From the NCBI RefSeq assembly GCF_036321535.1, contig NC_087436.1, forward strand, positions 33,730,001-33,794,000: a stretch of 64,000 bases of DNA. Reading direction: 5' to 3'. The stretch is from Camelus dromedarius (lineage: Eukaryota). Each line of letters begins with the position of its first letter. Position 1 is the first letter of the stretch. The notes under the pieces were generated by a model, which worked only from the letters and a program-made list of their open reading frames with translations, ran no database searches and was not told the origin of the DNA. This document shows positions 27,850-39,700 of this stretch, one piece after another. Both the position numbers and the translations under genes were made by a program.

Positions 27850-29470
27850 TTTTTTAAATGATCATATTTTGATCAAAATTATATTTAATTTGCTCAAACT
27901 TATACGTTGTTTAAAGAGTCAAACGTTTCTTGATGAAAAATAGTACTCTTCTAATCCCTCCTCAAAAAACGCTCATCATTTACTGCTTCCCAGAGGCAAT
28001 GACTTTGAACTACGTTAGTTGTTGCATTTGTTATTTATTTCTATGTCTTGAGGATTTAGCTCTCTTTCCCACAAAATGCAACAAACACACTTTCCATCTG
28101 TCCATTCCTAAACATGGTTATAGTTCTGGTTAGATCAATAATATGCATTTATATTATTATGGCTATGTAGACATGATTCACATCTAAGTCATACAGAATA
28201 TAAATGTTTTTTTTTTTCTTGAACAATCCCTCCCCCCACCCCCTGCAGGAGTTACTAATTATCTCTGTTTAGTTTTCTATATATTAATAACCAAGTATAT
28301 ATATTAATTACCAATTCCCAAGTTTACCTCTAGTGATAAAATTTTTTTTCTAAATATATTCAAATGCAACAGATGTTCTACAAAAGTCATCTTTTCTGGA
28401 GATACAGCTCAAAGTGATTTCTGATTTGCTCCAGTCAGGAAGGTTTGCTCTCTAGGTCTTTTTCTTTATCACCTTCAGATTCACTCTTCCTTTTTAAAAA
28501 AAATTTATTCAAACTCTGTAGCTTTAATTAGTTAGTTGTTAATTATTCATTTTCTTTTTAAGACTATCCACTAGTAGCTTTTGAGAATAAGTTCAGGGAA
28601 ATAAACAGTTTTTTTACATTTGCATTGCAAAACATCTGCATTCACATTTAATTGATAGTTCTAGAATAGTAGGTTGGAAAAAAGGTCCTTAACACTTTAA
28701 GGCATACTTCCAATGTCTTATAGCTTCAACTATGGTGCGTAATTTCTCATATAAAAACTATTATTTTTCCTCTCTGAAAATGATGCTGTTCTCATCGATG
28801 ATGACGTTCGATGTTCAGAAATTGTGGGATCATATCTTCTAGGCATTTGGTAGTTCTATTCCGTTAAGAAACTAATCCTCTCAATGCAAGAATAATTTCT
28901 TGAACCAGTTTATTTTCTCATTCTTTTTTTCTTTTTTCTCTTTTGCAAGGACTCTTTTTACTCAGATGTTGAGACTCCAGACCTGATCCTCTGATTTCTG
29001 ATTTTTTTTTTTCTGTTACCCATAAAAGTGTCTTTTTGGTTTACTTTATGAGAGGCTTCCTTAATTTTATTTTCCACTCAATTTCTGCTGTATATTTTAC
29101 ATTTTTGGAAATTCTTTTTTGTTCCCAGCTATCTCTTTTTTTTATTACATCCTGGTCTTCTTGCATGGATATATTTCTTTCTTTATCTCTCTGAGAATAT
29201 TAATGATAGTAACTTTTTCTTCCTGTCTTGAATGTTTCTTACAGACTCCTTTTTTGATTTACTTATTTCATATTCAGATTGGAGGCCCTTCTTGATTATG
29301 ATTCTCTGCTTATCTTTTAAAATGGGGCAATTGAATCTGATTTGAAACTCTGCCTGTATAAGTGGGACTTATGAACTGTGTGTCTCCCTTGTTGATGACT
29401 ACTTATTAAACTATTTTAGTTATCTGGCTTGATTGCTTCATTTAGAAGCTCCTACCCCCCACCACCATGC
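27850..29470 (-). mobile_element. Ancient L1 (L1M/L1ME/HAL1-like) remnant
   Basis: Long T-rich diverged stretch with antisense ORF1-type phrases (ttgatagttctagaatagtaggttggaaa; cagatgttgagactccagacctgatcctct). Confidence 0.55.
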
Positions 29471-29477
29471 AAGCTAT

Positions 29478-29910
29478 AATAGGTTTTCCAACAGAAAATA
29501 GGGTATCTGTTAACTGCAAAAATTGAGCTGCTTGTTTCTTAATACCTTATTTCAAAAACCATGTATCTAAAAATAAAATGAAACAAAAGAAGCATATCAT
29601 TTTGTCTAGCCTTCTTCCATATATAAAGTCACTGTCTGCATCTCCTTATAACTGTATTATCTTGGGGGTTAGAATCAGGCCTGCTTTTGAGCAGGTTCCC
29701 ATGGAAAGGCCACAGTGGTTGTGGAAATGATTTCTTTCCTGATTGGATGGGTTTTGCTCTGAGCGATCTGTTTCCAGGTCATACTAGTTGTTCGATATTT
29801 TGAATATCACTTTTGGATAGAATGGAACATTTAATGTAGGCAAAAATCATTTTTGGTAGTTCAAATTGGAAGGTATTCAAATATATGCCAAAGAAATAAT
29901 TAAAACAAGA
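29478..29910 (+). repeat. Inverted duplication, arm 1
   Basis: Reverse complement of 32833-33262, roughly 90% identical by eye. Confidence 0.95.
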
Positions 29911-30092
29911 AGAATGCTGGCTATGCAGGGTGGGAATGGAGAGCAGTAGCATAGCACATATTCTTTGTCTAGCTTCATTTTGATGAACAACAAATATTCA
30001 CGTAGTACACAGAAAAGGCTGAGAAGAGTTTTTGTTTACAGAATACAATGAAGATAAATGACTCAATAAATTGTTAAAAATCCATGTATATT

Positions 30093-30449
30093 TATCTTAG
30101 TCTCTTTAGGCTGCTTACTTCAAGCGACTGGGGGACTCATAAACAAGAACATTTATTTCTCACAGTTCTGGAAGCTTGGGAGTCCAAGATCCAGGCATGA
30201 ATATAGTTGTGTTCTGGTGAGGGCCCACTTCCTTGTTCATAGATGGTTCTAACCCCTCCTCACATGGTGGAGGGGGCAAGGGATCTCTGTGTGGCCTCTT
30301 ATAAGAAAACTAACCCCATTTGTGAGGACTCCACCCTCGTGAAGACATAAGCACTTCCCAAAGGCCGTACTTCCTAATACTATCATCTTTGAGGGTTTAA
30401 GATTTCAACATAAATAATGTGGGGGGACATAAGTATTCAGATTATAGCA
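30093..30449 (-). mobile_element. MLT1A-like MaLR LTR
   Basis: tcttagtc...tttatttctcacagttctggaagcttgggagtccaagatc...attcagattatagca. Confidence 0.85.
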
Positions 30450-31724
30450 ATATTATATATGCATAGTCCATATTTTGATTAAGGTAACCAGTCCCACCAG
30501 TGAAAATATCAAAATGAACTAGAAAGTTTAATGAACTTTCTGGATACATGTTCCATTGTATCATTCAGCTGAGTGATAATTTGTTGTTGTTGTTTTACAT
30601 ATATGGTGGAAAGTATATTTGTAAAACCATAATAAAATAAACATATTTTTCTTACATTTCGCCCCCTAAAAAGCTTTGATGAATAGATGAAAATATGACA
30701 CTTCTTGTTTGTTTAAAAGTCTTACTGGTTTGTGTATAACTCTACAGATATTTATTCAGTTGGGTCTTAACACTACTAATACTTTATACTGTTTAGCAAT
30801 GAAATACTTGTAGGAAAATCGCCTTTTGGAACATTTAATAGTTATATTTGAAGATGCAGCCCAAATACTCCCTCATGTATAAAGAAGTTTGATCCCCTTC
30901 TGTGAAGATGTTTTTTAAAAAGTTTTCTTTAAAAATATTTTTGCGCCTTATTATTTCTTATTAAAGCACCTTTGAAATTGTAATACATTTTATTTAGATT
31001 TTTTCCATTTATCCAAAATGAAAGCTTCTCAAGGATAGAGCAAGAATAGAAAATTATATAATGTCATACACTGACTAAGAAAAAAGCTTTATGGAAAACA
31101 AAAATTTAATACATTCTAATGAATCAGTAGGAGACAATCATAAATCATAGCCTGAGATAGGAGGTTATTGATTTCATATTCTTCCATAGCAACAGAGTAA
31201 GTATATGCTATTTTGGCAAATACTTGTAAAGAAATGAAATTTATATCAAACAACCACTTACAACTCTCTCACATGGGGTGAACAGAATATTATCCTTCCC
31301 CATTCTCCCATTCCTATAAAGAAGATACATTTTCTGAGGGCTTATGTTATCAAAATATTAACCCTGGAATCTCAGCCTACATACAGACTGGAGATTTGTC
31401 TTTCTAAGAAAGGAGATTACTACAAGGTTGAAAGATTCATTTACAGATTAATATATAATTGTTGATTGAGATCAGATATGCAATAACAGCTAGCTTGGGC
31501 TTGAGATACAGAGTTATTTAACTTGCGCTTTAAATTTTATCTATATCTATAGCCGTACAAACTATTCTATGATACTAGTCTAATTTAAATAATTGTTAAT
31601 TGAGTACAATTATCTTCATGGGGACAGAGTATTGTTTTACCCTAATTCTTCCTTACATACATCTCACAAACTTAACTGCCTGAAAGTTTCATAAGCTTTT
31701 CACAAGTATGATGTAGAGGTTCTT

Positions 31725-32247
31725 TTTTTTTTTTTTTTACTTTTTTTTTTTCATTTTTTTCCAGTGTAGAGCACAATTTTTCAGTTATACATGAACATAC
31801 ATATATTCATTGTCACATTTTTATCGCTGTGAGCTACCACAAGATCTTGTATATATTTTCCTGTGCTATACAGTATAATCTTGTTTATCTATTCTATATA
31901 TGCCTGTCAGTACCTACAAATTTTGAACTCCCAGTCTATCCCTTCCCACCCTCCTCCCCCTTGTATTCTATGTCTATGAGTCTGTTTCTGTTTTGTATTT
32001 ATGTTCTCTCTCTCTCTTTTTTTTTTTTTTTAGATTCCACATATGAGCAATCTCATATGGTATTTTTCTTCCTCTTTCTGGCTTACTTCACTTAGAATGA
32101 CATTCTCCAGGGACATCCATGTTGCTGCAAATGGCATTATGTTGTCATTTTTATGGCTGAATAGTATTCCATTGCATAAATATACCACATCTTTATCCAG
32201 TCATCTGTTGATGGACATTTAAGCTGTTTCCATGTCTTGGCTATGTA
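31725..32247 (-). mobile_element. Young 5'-truncated lineage-specific L1 with perfect TSD
   Basis: Poly(T) tail and L1 3'UTR. 17-bp TSD atgatgtagaggttctt at 31708-31724 and 32248-32264; TT/AAGA endonuclease-type site. Confidence 0.95.
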
Positions 32248-32832
32248 ATGATGTAGAGGTTCTTAATAAATGAATTTAAGTTTTAGAGGTTATGTTTAGA
32301 TTATTCAAATTTAATTTGTTTATGTAATTGATAATATCTATACATTGTAAACTCCTGGAGATCAAAAACAAAACAAAACATGCTAGATTAAATGTTTAAA
32401 GGTTACATCACAATGTTATGTAAATATGGGTGCTTATATATATCAAATTTCATTTTTATCATGTTCATATTTATAGGAACAGAAATCATATTGGTCATAT
32501 TCCTGTTGTTCAAATAATTTCTAAATACTTTCTAGATGTAATATATTAAAGGCAGAAAAATAAGAGAAGCCAAGGTTTAAATTTTAATAGCAAAATACAT
32601 AGGCCTCGATATATGTGCATATATGGAGTATTAATTGCTAATAAAATGTTACATATATGAGTAACATACTATTGAGTCTTTACCTTTTGTGTTAACTTTT
32701 ATCTTAACATTTACATAAAATAGTTTTTTACAACTGAAGTCCTAGAGATATTTGCATTTAATTTCCTGAGTTTAGATTTCCACTTTTACCTCAAAATATT
32801 TACTAGAGATTCATCTCCAAGGGGAAAAAATT

Positions 32833-33262
32833 CCTCGTTTTAATTATTTCTTTGGCATATCATTTGGATACCTTCAAATTTTAACTACCAAAAATGATTT
32901 CTGCCTACATTAAATGATCCATTCTATCCAAAAGTGATATTCAAAATATCAGTTACTATGACCTGGAAACAGATCACTCAGAGCAAGACCTATCCAATCA
33001 GGAAAGAAATCATTTCCGCAACCACTAGGGCCTTTCCGTGGGAACCTGCTCAAAAGCAGGCCTGATTCTAACCCCCGAGATAATACAGTTATAAGAAGAT
33101 GCAGACAGTGACATTATATATGGAAGAAGGCTGGACAAAAAAATATGCTTCTTTTGTCTCATTTTATTTTTAGATACGAAGTTTTTGAAATAAAGTGTTA
33201 AGAAACAAGCAGCTCAATTTTTGCAGTTAACAGATACCCTATTTTCTGTTAGAATTCCTATT
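32833..33262 (-). repeat. Inverted duplication, arm 2
   Basis: For example gggaacctgctcaaaagcaggcctgattctaacccc is the reverse complement of ggggttagaatcaggcctgcttttgagcaggttccc in arm 1. Confidence 0.95.
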
Positions 33263-33359
33263 TTTGATATATATTTATTTATCTTTTACAAGTGGATCAT
33301 TATCATAAAAATACCATCTTTTAGAATGCAATTAGAAGTCCACATAAAGCTCTTTTAAA

Positions 33360-33930
33360 AGCCTTCCGTCATTAATTAAGCAGTAATAATAGGCAACCTG
33401 CAGAAACAAGAGCTGTTAATGCCGTCATGAAAACAAATTTCCAACAACTATCCGCCAGAGAGCATGAGCCGGACTGTGGATTGTTTATTGTCAAAGACTT
33501 GACTGGCTAATAAACGCTGGCAATAGCTTGAGTGCGCTGGAATGCTGTGCAGCTGCTGCATTAGTCAGACTTTCCCTTTTCTGAATGCTATAATCCCTTC
33601 AATATTGCATTAAATATGTTTTCAATATTTATCTGGATAAAAAATGTGCTGAATGTTGCAACAGTTTAATTCTGACGTTTGTCACACAGGAAATCTGGAA
33701 AAGGCAGAAGGTAACTACATCTTTATTGTTAAAACCTAATGCGATTCGTTCCTCTCACACCATGTGAGAGCACTCAGGGAGACTTTGTGCTCACTCTGAG
33801 GCAGGCAAACGCCAGCAGTACTGCAGCCAAACACGAGGACTTAGTGCTTGGCTGCACTGACTTAACGGACCCCTTGCCATCCAGGAAGATCTGATTCGGG
33901 CAGGCCCCCATGACGGAATGTCATATAGCA
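33360..33930. promoter_or_regulatory. Candidate enhancer / conserved non-coding element
   Basis: Not repeat-like; 14 CpG in about 560 bp. Motifs TAATTA, TGTTTAT, TCAAAG, TAATCC, GGAATG, TTAGTCA. Confidence 0.4.
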
Positions 33931-34109
33931 CAATATAATAAATGGCTTTGGGGCTTGTTATGTTCTATACAGTCCAAATCCTTGACAAGCCAGAAATAGA
34001 AATCATTTATTACCACATCACATAATTTTATGAGGTTTCCTATATGATTATCCAAAATATAGTTAGCTAATCTATTGGATGGTATATAAGGAAAGTCACT
34101 GAACTAGGA

Positions 34110-34250
34110 ATTAAGATGTTTGAATTGAATCCCAGCTTGGCACTAAATTGTAGGAAATCCATGTGTTGCTCACAATCTCCCTTGGTCTCAATTTCATCTA
34201 CAAAATGACAAGGGTGGGTGTGGTAGATCCTATCTCTAAATTGGCTGTCA
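34110..34250 (+). mobile_element. MIR remnant
   Basis: ttgaatcccagcttggcactaa...gtctcaatttcatctacaaaatg. Confidence 0.55.
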
Positions 34251-35371
34251 TTTCTATGACTATTTTTATTCAAAACACCCACATAGCCATAAAAAATAGT
34301 TCAATAAAAATGAAATCACATAATAATAATAGATAATAATAACAATGCCACTATTAAAATATAATATTTACATTTTGAAGCTAAACATTGAAATTGCAAG
34401 ACAACTTTGGAGAGTGTGTGGCATTGGATCAGAGAAATTCATGTTACACATTCTTGCTGATATGCCAGGATAATATTACATTAGGGTGGCATTTTCTCAG
34501 TTTAAAAAAAAAAAATCAAGCTTCTTGATTTGAATGTGTAGAATTTTTAGTTTTCTAAAAACATGCAACCGATGTGAAGTAAAACCTAGGAAGTAATCAA
34601 CATTTCTGAACTTTCTATATCACTTAATTTACTTCATTTAATCTAGATAATTAAGATTCCTTAAGACCAATGGAGAATACAAATAAATATGGTAGTAATA
34701 TATTATCTGTCAGTCTCTTTACCTGTCATTTAGACTACCCTCTAAAATTTCTTCTCATTGACCATGAAAGATGACCAACTCTGTCATGTTTCAAAGCACT
34801 GTTTGTTGAGAATAAAATAGAAGCCTCACAACGAGTCAACCTTGAGAAATTGTATACCTCTAATGACCAAAGTCCCTTAACAACTGTGACTGAAAAGTGA
34901 GAAATTTCTCTTACCAAGGAACTGCAATTAACTGATACAGTCATTTTTGACTACTTTACTTAAACCTTTGAAAAACTTTCTCAGGCTGGAGTATTGAACA
35001 TACTTGTTAGCATGACATCCAAGGCCTGCCATGATTTGATTTCCTTTGCACGTCAGAAGTTGCATTTTTCAAAGCCAATCTTCTGTTGTACATTCTACTT
35101 CATTCTAGAAAATGCTTTATCTTTTCTGTTTTCTCACTGTTTTTTCACAATGTACATTCAATACCTATGGATATCATTCTGAAGTCCAGATTCCACTTTT
35201 CACATGAATTCTTATTTGATTTTCCCAAATGAAACACCTCCACAACCAAGTTAGTACAATGGTGTTAGTTTATTCATTAATGTTTCAGGGCTCTTATCAA
35301 ATTTTGATTGATCCTACAAATATATTTTTCTCAATAGAGTGCAAACCTCTGGAGAGCTATGTTTATCCTTT

Positions 35372-35870
35372 TTAAAAATATAACATCTTTACTGAGATTT
35401 GATTCATATATACCATGCAATTCACACATTTAAAGTAGAAAAATCAATGGTCTTTAGTACATTCTCAAAGTCGTGCAACCATCAATACAATCAATTTTAG
35501 AATGCTGCCATCACCCCAAAACAAGCCTTGTAGCCATTAACAGTCTCTCAGCCTTCCCCAGCACTCTCAGTCCTAGCCATCCACTCGTCTCTCTCTGTCT
35601 CTATGTTTGCCTATTCTGTATATTTTCTAATAATGGAACCATACAATACGTAGCTTTTTGCGACTGGATTCTTTAACCCAACATCATTTTTTTGAAGTTC
35701 ATTCATGTTGCAGCATGTATCAATACAGCATTTTATTTTTCTACTTACCAGTTAATGGACATTTGGATCTTTTCCATTTTTGAGCTATTATACATAGTGT
35801 TGTTATATACCTAAGTGTAAAAATTCTGGGTCATATGATAACTCCAAGTTTAAACCTGTGAGGAACTGCC
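35372..35870 (-). mobile_element. L1MB-like 3' end
   Basis: tttactgagatttgattcatatataccatgcaattcacacatttaaagt...ctgggtcatatgataactc. Confidence 0.85.
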
Positions 35871-36239
35871 TCTCCTGCAGTAGAAACATCACCCTATGGA
35901 AGGAGGAAAGCCAAGTGGAGAAAGGAAGACCCAGCCTCCCTGCTGCACCTGTTGGAAATTTAGCTCTACAACGTGGAACTTGGGAGAGTGATACTGCTGG
36001 TTGCTTCCTCTTCCAGGAAGGTACTGTAGTACCTGACTGATAACTAAAGGCAGAGGAAGTCCCTTTTCTTCACTGCACCAACCAAGAGTAGAGATATCAT
36101 ACTCATGTGTGGAGCTGGGGGAGAAGGAGCAGATCATGGATCAAGTGCCACTGACTGTTTCTGTTCTTACAAAAATGTAGGTTTTCTTGAATAAATATTT
36201 TATTTGGTGTATGCCTTTAAGACAATATCTTTTTCCTAG

Positions 36240-36979
36240 TGTAACTAAGGAGGACCCTATTGTCTTTGGTGACTATCTGATATCTGTAATGGTGTTTGTA
36301 TAATGGTTTAAAGGGTTTTTCTTATGCTCTTGCTGACCAGGGTTAGGCAAGAAAGGAGAAATGCGTGGGTTGTCCACCCAACCCCTTCAGGGTGCTGTGT
36401 GCAGGGATCACGCTCAGTGTCCTGCTCCTGACCCTAGCCCCCTGCTCCTGACCCCAGTGTCCTCCTCTTGACTCCTTCTGGTTTCCTTGTATCCTGTTGT
36501 TCAAGCTGCAGGCCTCAGCTTGCAGTAGGAGGTCCAAGGCCTCAGCCTGCTTAAAAGGCTAAAAGCATTTATCAATCTGACTTTAAACTATACAAGTTTT
36601 TCTTTAGAGCTCTTTTCCATGGAGCCCCTTCTTATGCATCCTTTGTTCTAGGAACAAGAGTATTAAGAGAGTCCCAAAGCAAGAGGTGAACTTCGTACCC
36701 AGCACAGGGAAGGGATCTGTAAAAACAAGAACAACTTTGCAACAATTTGTTATCCTATATATGATCTCTATGGAAATTACCTCCACCTCTTACACTCTTG
36801 AACTTTTACTATAAACCCCCCACCTTCTCTTCCCAGAAGGCTCACAGTTTTAGAAGCATTAGACCACTGTGACTTCCTCTGCCTGTCAAAGAAAAAAGCT
36901 GCCTTTTCTATTTCATCCAAAACTCTGTCCTTGAGTCTCAATTTGGTAAGCAGGGTACAGAAGTGGTGTTTGAGCAACA
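36240..36979 (+). mobile_element. ERV1-type LTR
   Basis: TGTAACT...AGCAACA ends, TATAAA box near 36810, typical R/U5 text (ttcatccaaaactctgtcc). Confidence 0.75.
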
Positions 36980-36980
36980 A

Positions 36981-37552
36981 CGGCAGCACTATATACAACA
37001 GCCAAGACATGGAAACAACCTAAATGTCCATCCACAGATGAATGGATAAAGATGTGGTGTGTGGGGGTGTGTGTATATATAATGGAATATTACTCAGCCA
37101 TTGAAAGGAATGAAATAATGTCATTTGCAACAACATAGAGGGACCTAGAGATTATCATATTAAGTGAAGTAAGTCAGAGATAAATATATATATGATATCA
37201 CTTACATGAGGAACCTAAAAAAAGTTACAAAATTTATTTACAAACCAGAAGTCAACTCATGGACATAGAAAATAATCTATGATTACCAAAGGGAAAGCTG
37301 GGGGATAAATTAGGAGTTTGGGATTAACAGATACTACTATATATAAAATCGATAAACAACAAGGACCTACTGTATAGGATAGGGAGCTATATTCAATTTT
37401 TGTAATAAGCTATATTCAAAAAGAATCTGAAAATATATGTGTATATATATATATATGTACATATATATGTATAACTGCATCACTTTGCTGTATACCTGAA
37501 ACTAAGATCATAAATCAACTACACTTATATAAAAAATAAAATTAAAAAAAAA
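36981..37552 (+). mobile_element. L1 3' end (artiodactyl-type)
   Basis: gcagcact...gccaagacatggaaacaacctaaatgtccatc through the 3'UTR to an A-rich tail. Confidence 0.9.
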
Positions 37553-37726
37553 CTGAACTATTCAAAGCCCACCTGTGGACAAAGATATCTAAGTATATAC
37601 TCTTTTGTAATGGATTATTAAAGAAATAAAAATTTTAAAAAAGTACCAGTTAATGGTTGTTTTACTGGGGAGCTAGTGTACAGATCGCCTCATACCTCCA
37701 TTTTAGAAGTGGATCTTAGTGCTTAT

Positions 37727-37850
37727 CTTTTTTAAAATAATTTTATTTAATTAAAAAAAAAGTTTTTCCCTTAATGGAAGCACTGGGATTGAACCCAGGA
37801 CCTCAAGCATGCCAAATATGTGCTCTGCCACTGAGCTATAATCCCACTCC
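37727..37850 (-). mobile_element. tRNA-Ala-derived SINE (Vic-1-like, camelid)
   Basis: Minus strand gggattatagctcagtggcagagc...gaggtcctgggttcaatcccagtgcttcca carries A and B boxes, followed by an A-rich tail. Confidence 0.8.
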
Positions 37851-38649
37851 AAACTCTAAAGTATTTGCTCATAGCTGGTGCTCAGAAAATCAGTATCTTT
37901 AATAAAACACATTTCTTTAGAGGAATACTACAAGAAACCAGTTTAAGTTTAATGTCAGAAAATGTTGGACTATTAAGTGTTTAGAGTTAGCATTTTCATA
38001 GCTCACACTTAGTACCCAGCTCCCTCAGGGAAATCTGGATAATTAACCTACAAAACTGTATGTTTCATGTTGTTCAGTACGTATGGTACCCAACAAAGTA
38101 TGTTTTATTAAATTGGACAGTTAATGCTACCTAATGAAGTACACAAAAAGGTTCAATATCTCCTTACTCACCCATCTTCCCAACACTTTCCAAAATGTTC
38201 CCAAATTATTAATCTGTGTAATATGATCAGCTGTTATTATATATTGGTCAAGATAACATTAGCTACTTTAACAGATAAAATACAAAATCTCAGTGACTTA
38301 ACACAGTTCTCACTCTAATAAACTTCAAAATGAATTGTCCTCAGAGATGCATTTTAAAATTTAGGGGGTTCTTTTTTTCTTTAAAACATGGCTTCAAAGA
38401 TTACCATTGAAAGAAGAAAATCATGAAAGATAATGAGTCAAAGGCTTTTTTGAGAGTGGTATTTTATCCTTTTCATCTGCACTGTAATAGCCAGAATTCA
38501 GATGCCTGTCCCCACCAGATACAAGGTGGAATGGGAATGCAGTTTTGCAATTTCAATGTCATCTTATAAATAAAAGGACACATTTGGACATTGAATTTAT
38601 AGTCTCTGCTCTTCTGACTTCCGTATGTCCATTTCACCCTTTTCCTCCA

Positions 38650-39065
38650 GATATTAGTGTGCTAGAGCTGCTGTAACAAACTACTGCCACAACAGCAATG
38701 TACTGTCTCACAGTCTGGAAGCTAGAAGTCTGAGATCAAGTGTTGGTATAAGAATCAGTCACATGGCCCTCTCCTAGCTTCTGGTAGTTTGCTGGCAGTC
38801 TTTGACATTTCTTGGCTTGAGGAAGCATCAGCCCAAAACTTGCCTTCATCTTCACACAGCATTTTCCCTGGGTGAATATCTTTGTGTCCAAATTCCTCTT
38901 TTTATAAAGGTAACAGTCATTGGATTAGCACCCATCCTAATGACCTCATCTCAATTAATTACATATGAAATAGTCCTGTTGCCAAATAAGGTGACATTAT
39001 AAGATACTGGGAGTTAGGACTTCAAAATATGAATTTGAGGGGAACACACTTCATCTCATAAACTA
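38650..39065 (-). mobile_element. MLT1C-like MaLR LTR
   Basis: gctgctgtaacaaactac...ctcacagtctggaagctagaagtctgagatcaag...gttaggacttcaaaatatgaattt. Confidence 0.8.
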
Positions 39066-39234
39066 TGCAAATAGAACATACTTACCTTTTTACCAATAGT
39101 AACACCACAAATTCTCCCCTAGTAATTGCATCTAGTGTAAAGTCCAGATTTGTCACTTGATGTGTGGTTCTTCAGATCTGATCCAGTATGGCTTTCAGTG
39201 TCCAGGTGACCTAATATTGAAAAGATGTTATTGT

Positions 39235-39700
39235 TATCAAAAACTCTACAGCATCTTGGATTTTACTTTGCTTCTAAGCTAACAAGTTATTCCACTATAG
39301 TCACTGATGATGAGAAAAATCACAGGAATCCTGAGTTCGAGACAAAGAACTGTATCACTCACGGCACAGCAGGTAACATGAGATTTGGGCTTGCATCAGT
39401 TACTACTGACACCCCAAGTCCCCTGATGTGTTCACACAGTGAATCTTCATCTCAGCTGAGGAATTCTGGTTTTATGAAACTCCCAGTCTTACAATGAAAC
39501 TAATACCAATGCTGCTAGCCTTTGCCCCAGTGGGAGACATTGTTATACCATCACAATAAAACGACATACTATATAATTCTAATCCTGGAGGAGAACACGA
39601 ATCTGTTCTTTGCCATGGAAGGAGACATTATCTCTATCTCCCAAGATGAAATTCTGTCCTCTGGGAAGAGTTTGCTATCTCAATGTTTTCCATGGTCCTT
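39235..39700 (-). mobile_element. ERVL-class LTR, same family as those at 58734 and 62248
   Basis: Shares gattttac...aagctaacaagtt...cctgagttcgagacaaagaa with the two other copies. Confidence 0.6.

Noticed and set aside
29478..33262. DNA transposon with 430-bp terminal inverted repeats
   Set aside because: No transposase remnant or TSD, and the interior contains an ancient MLT1A that appears older than the arm divergence.
37768..37845. tRNA-Ala gene
   Set aside because: Degenerate stems and an attached A-rich tail indicate a SINE, not a functional tRNA.
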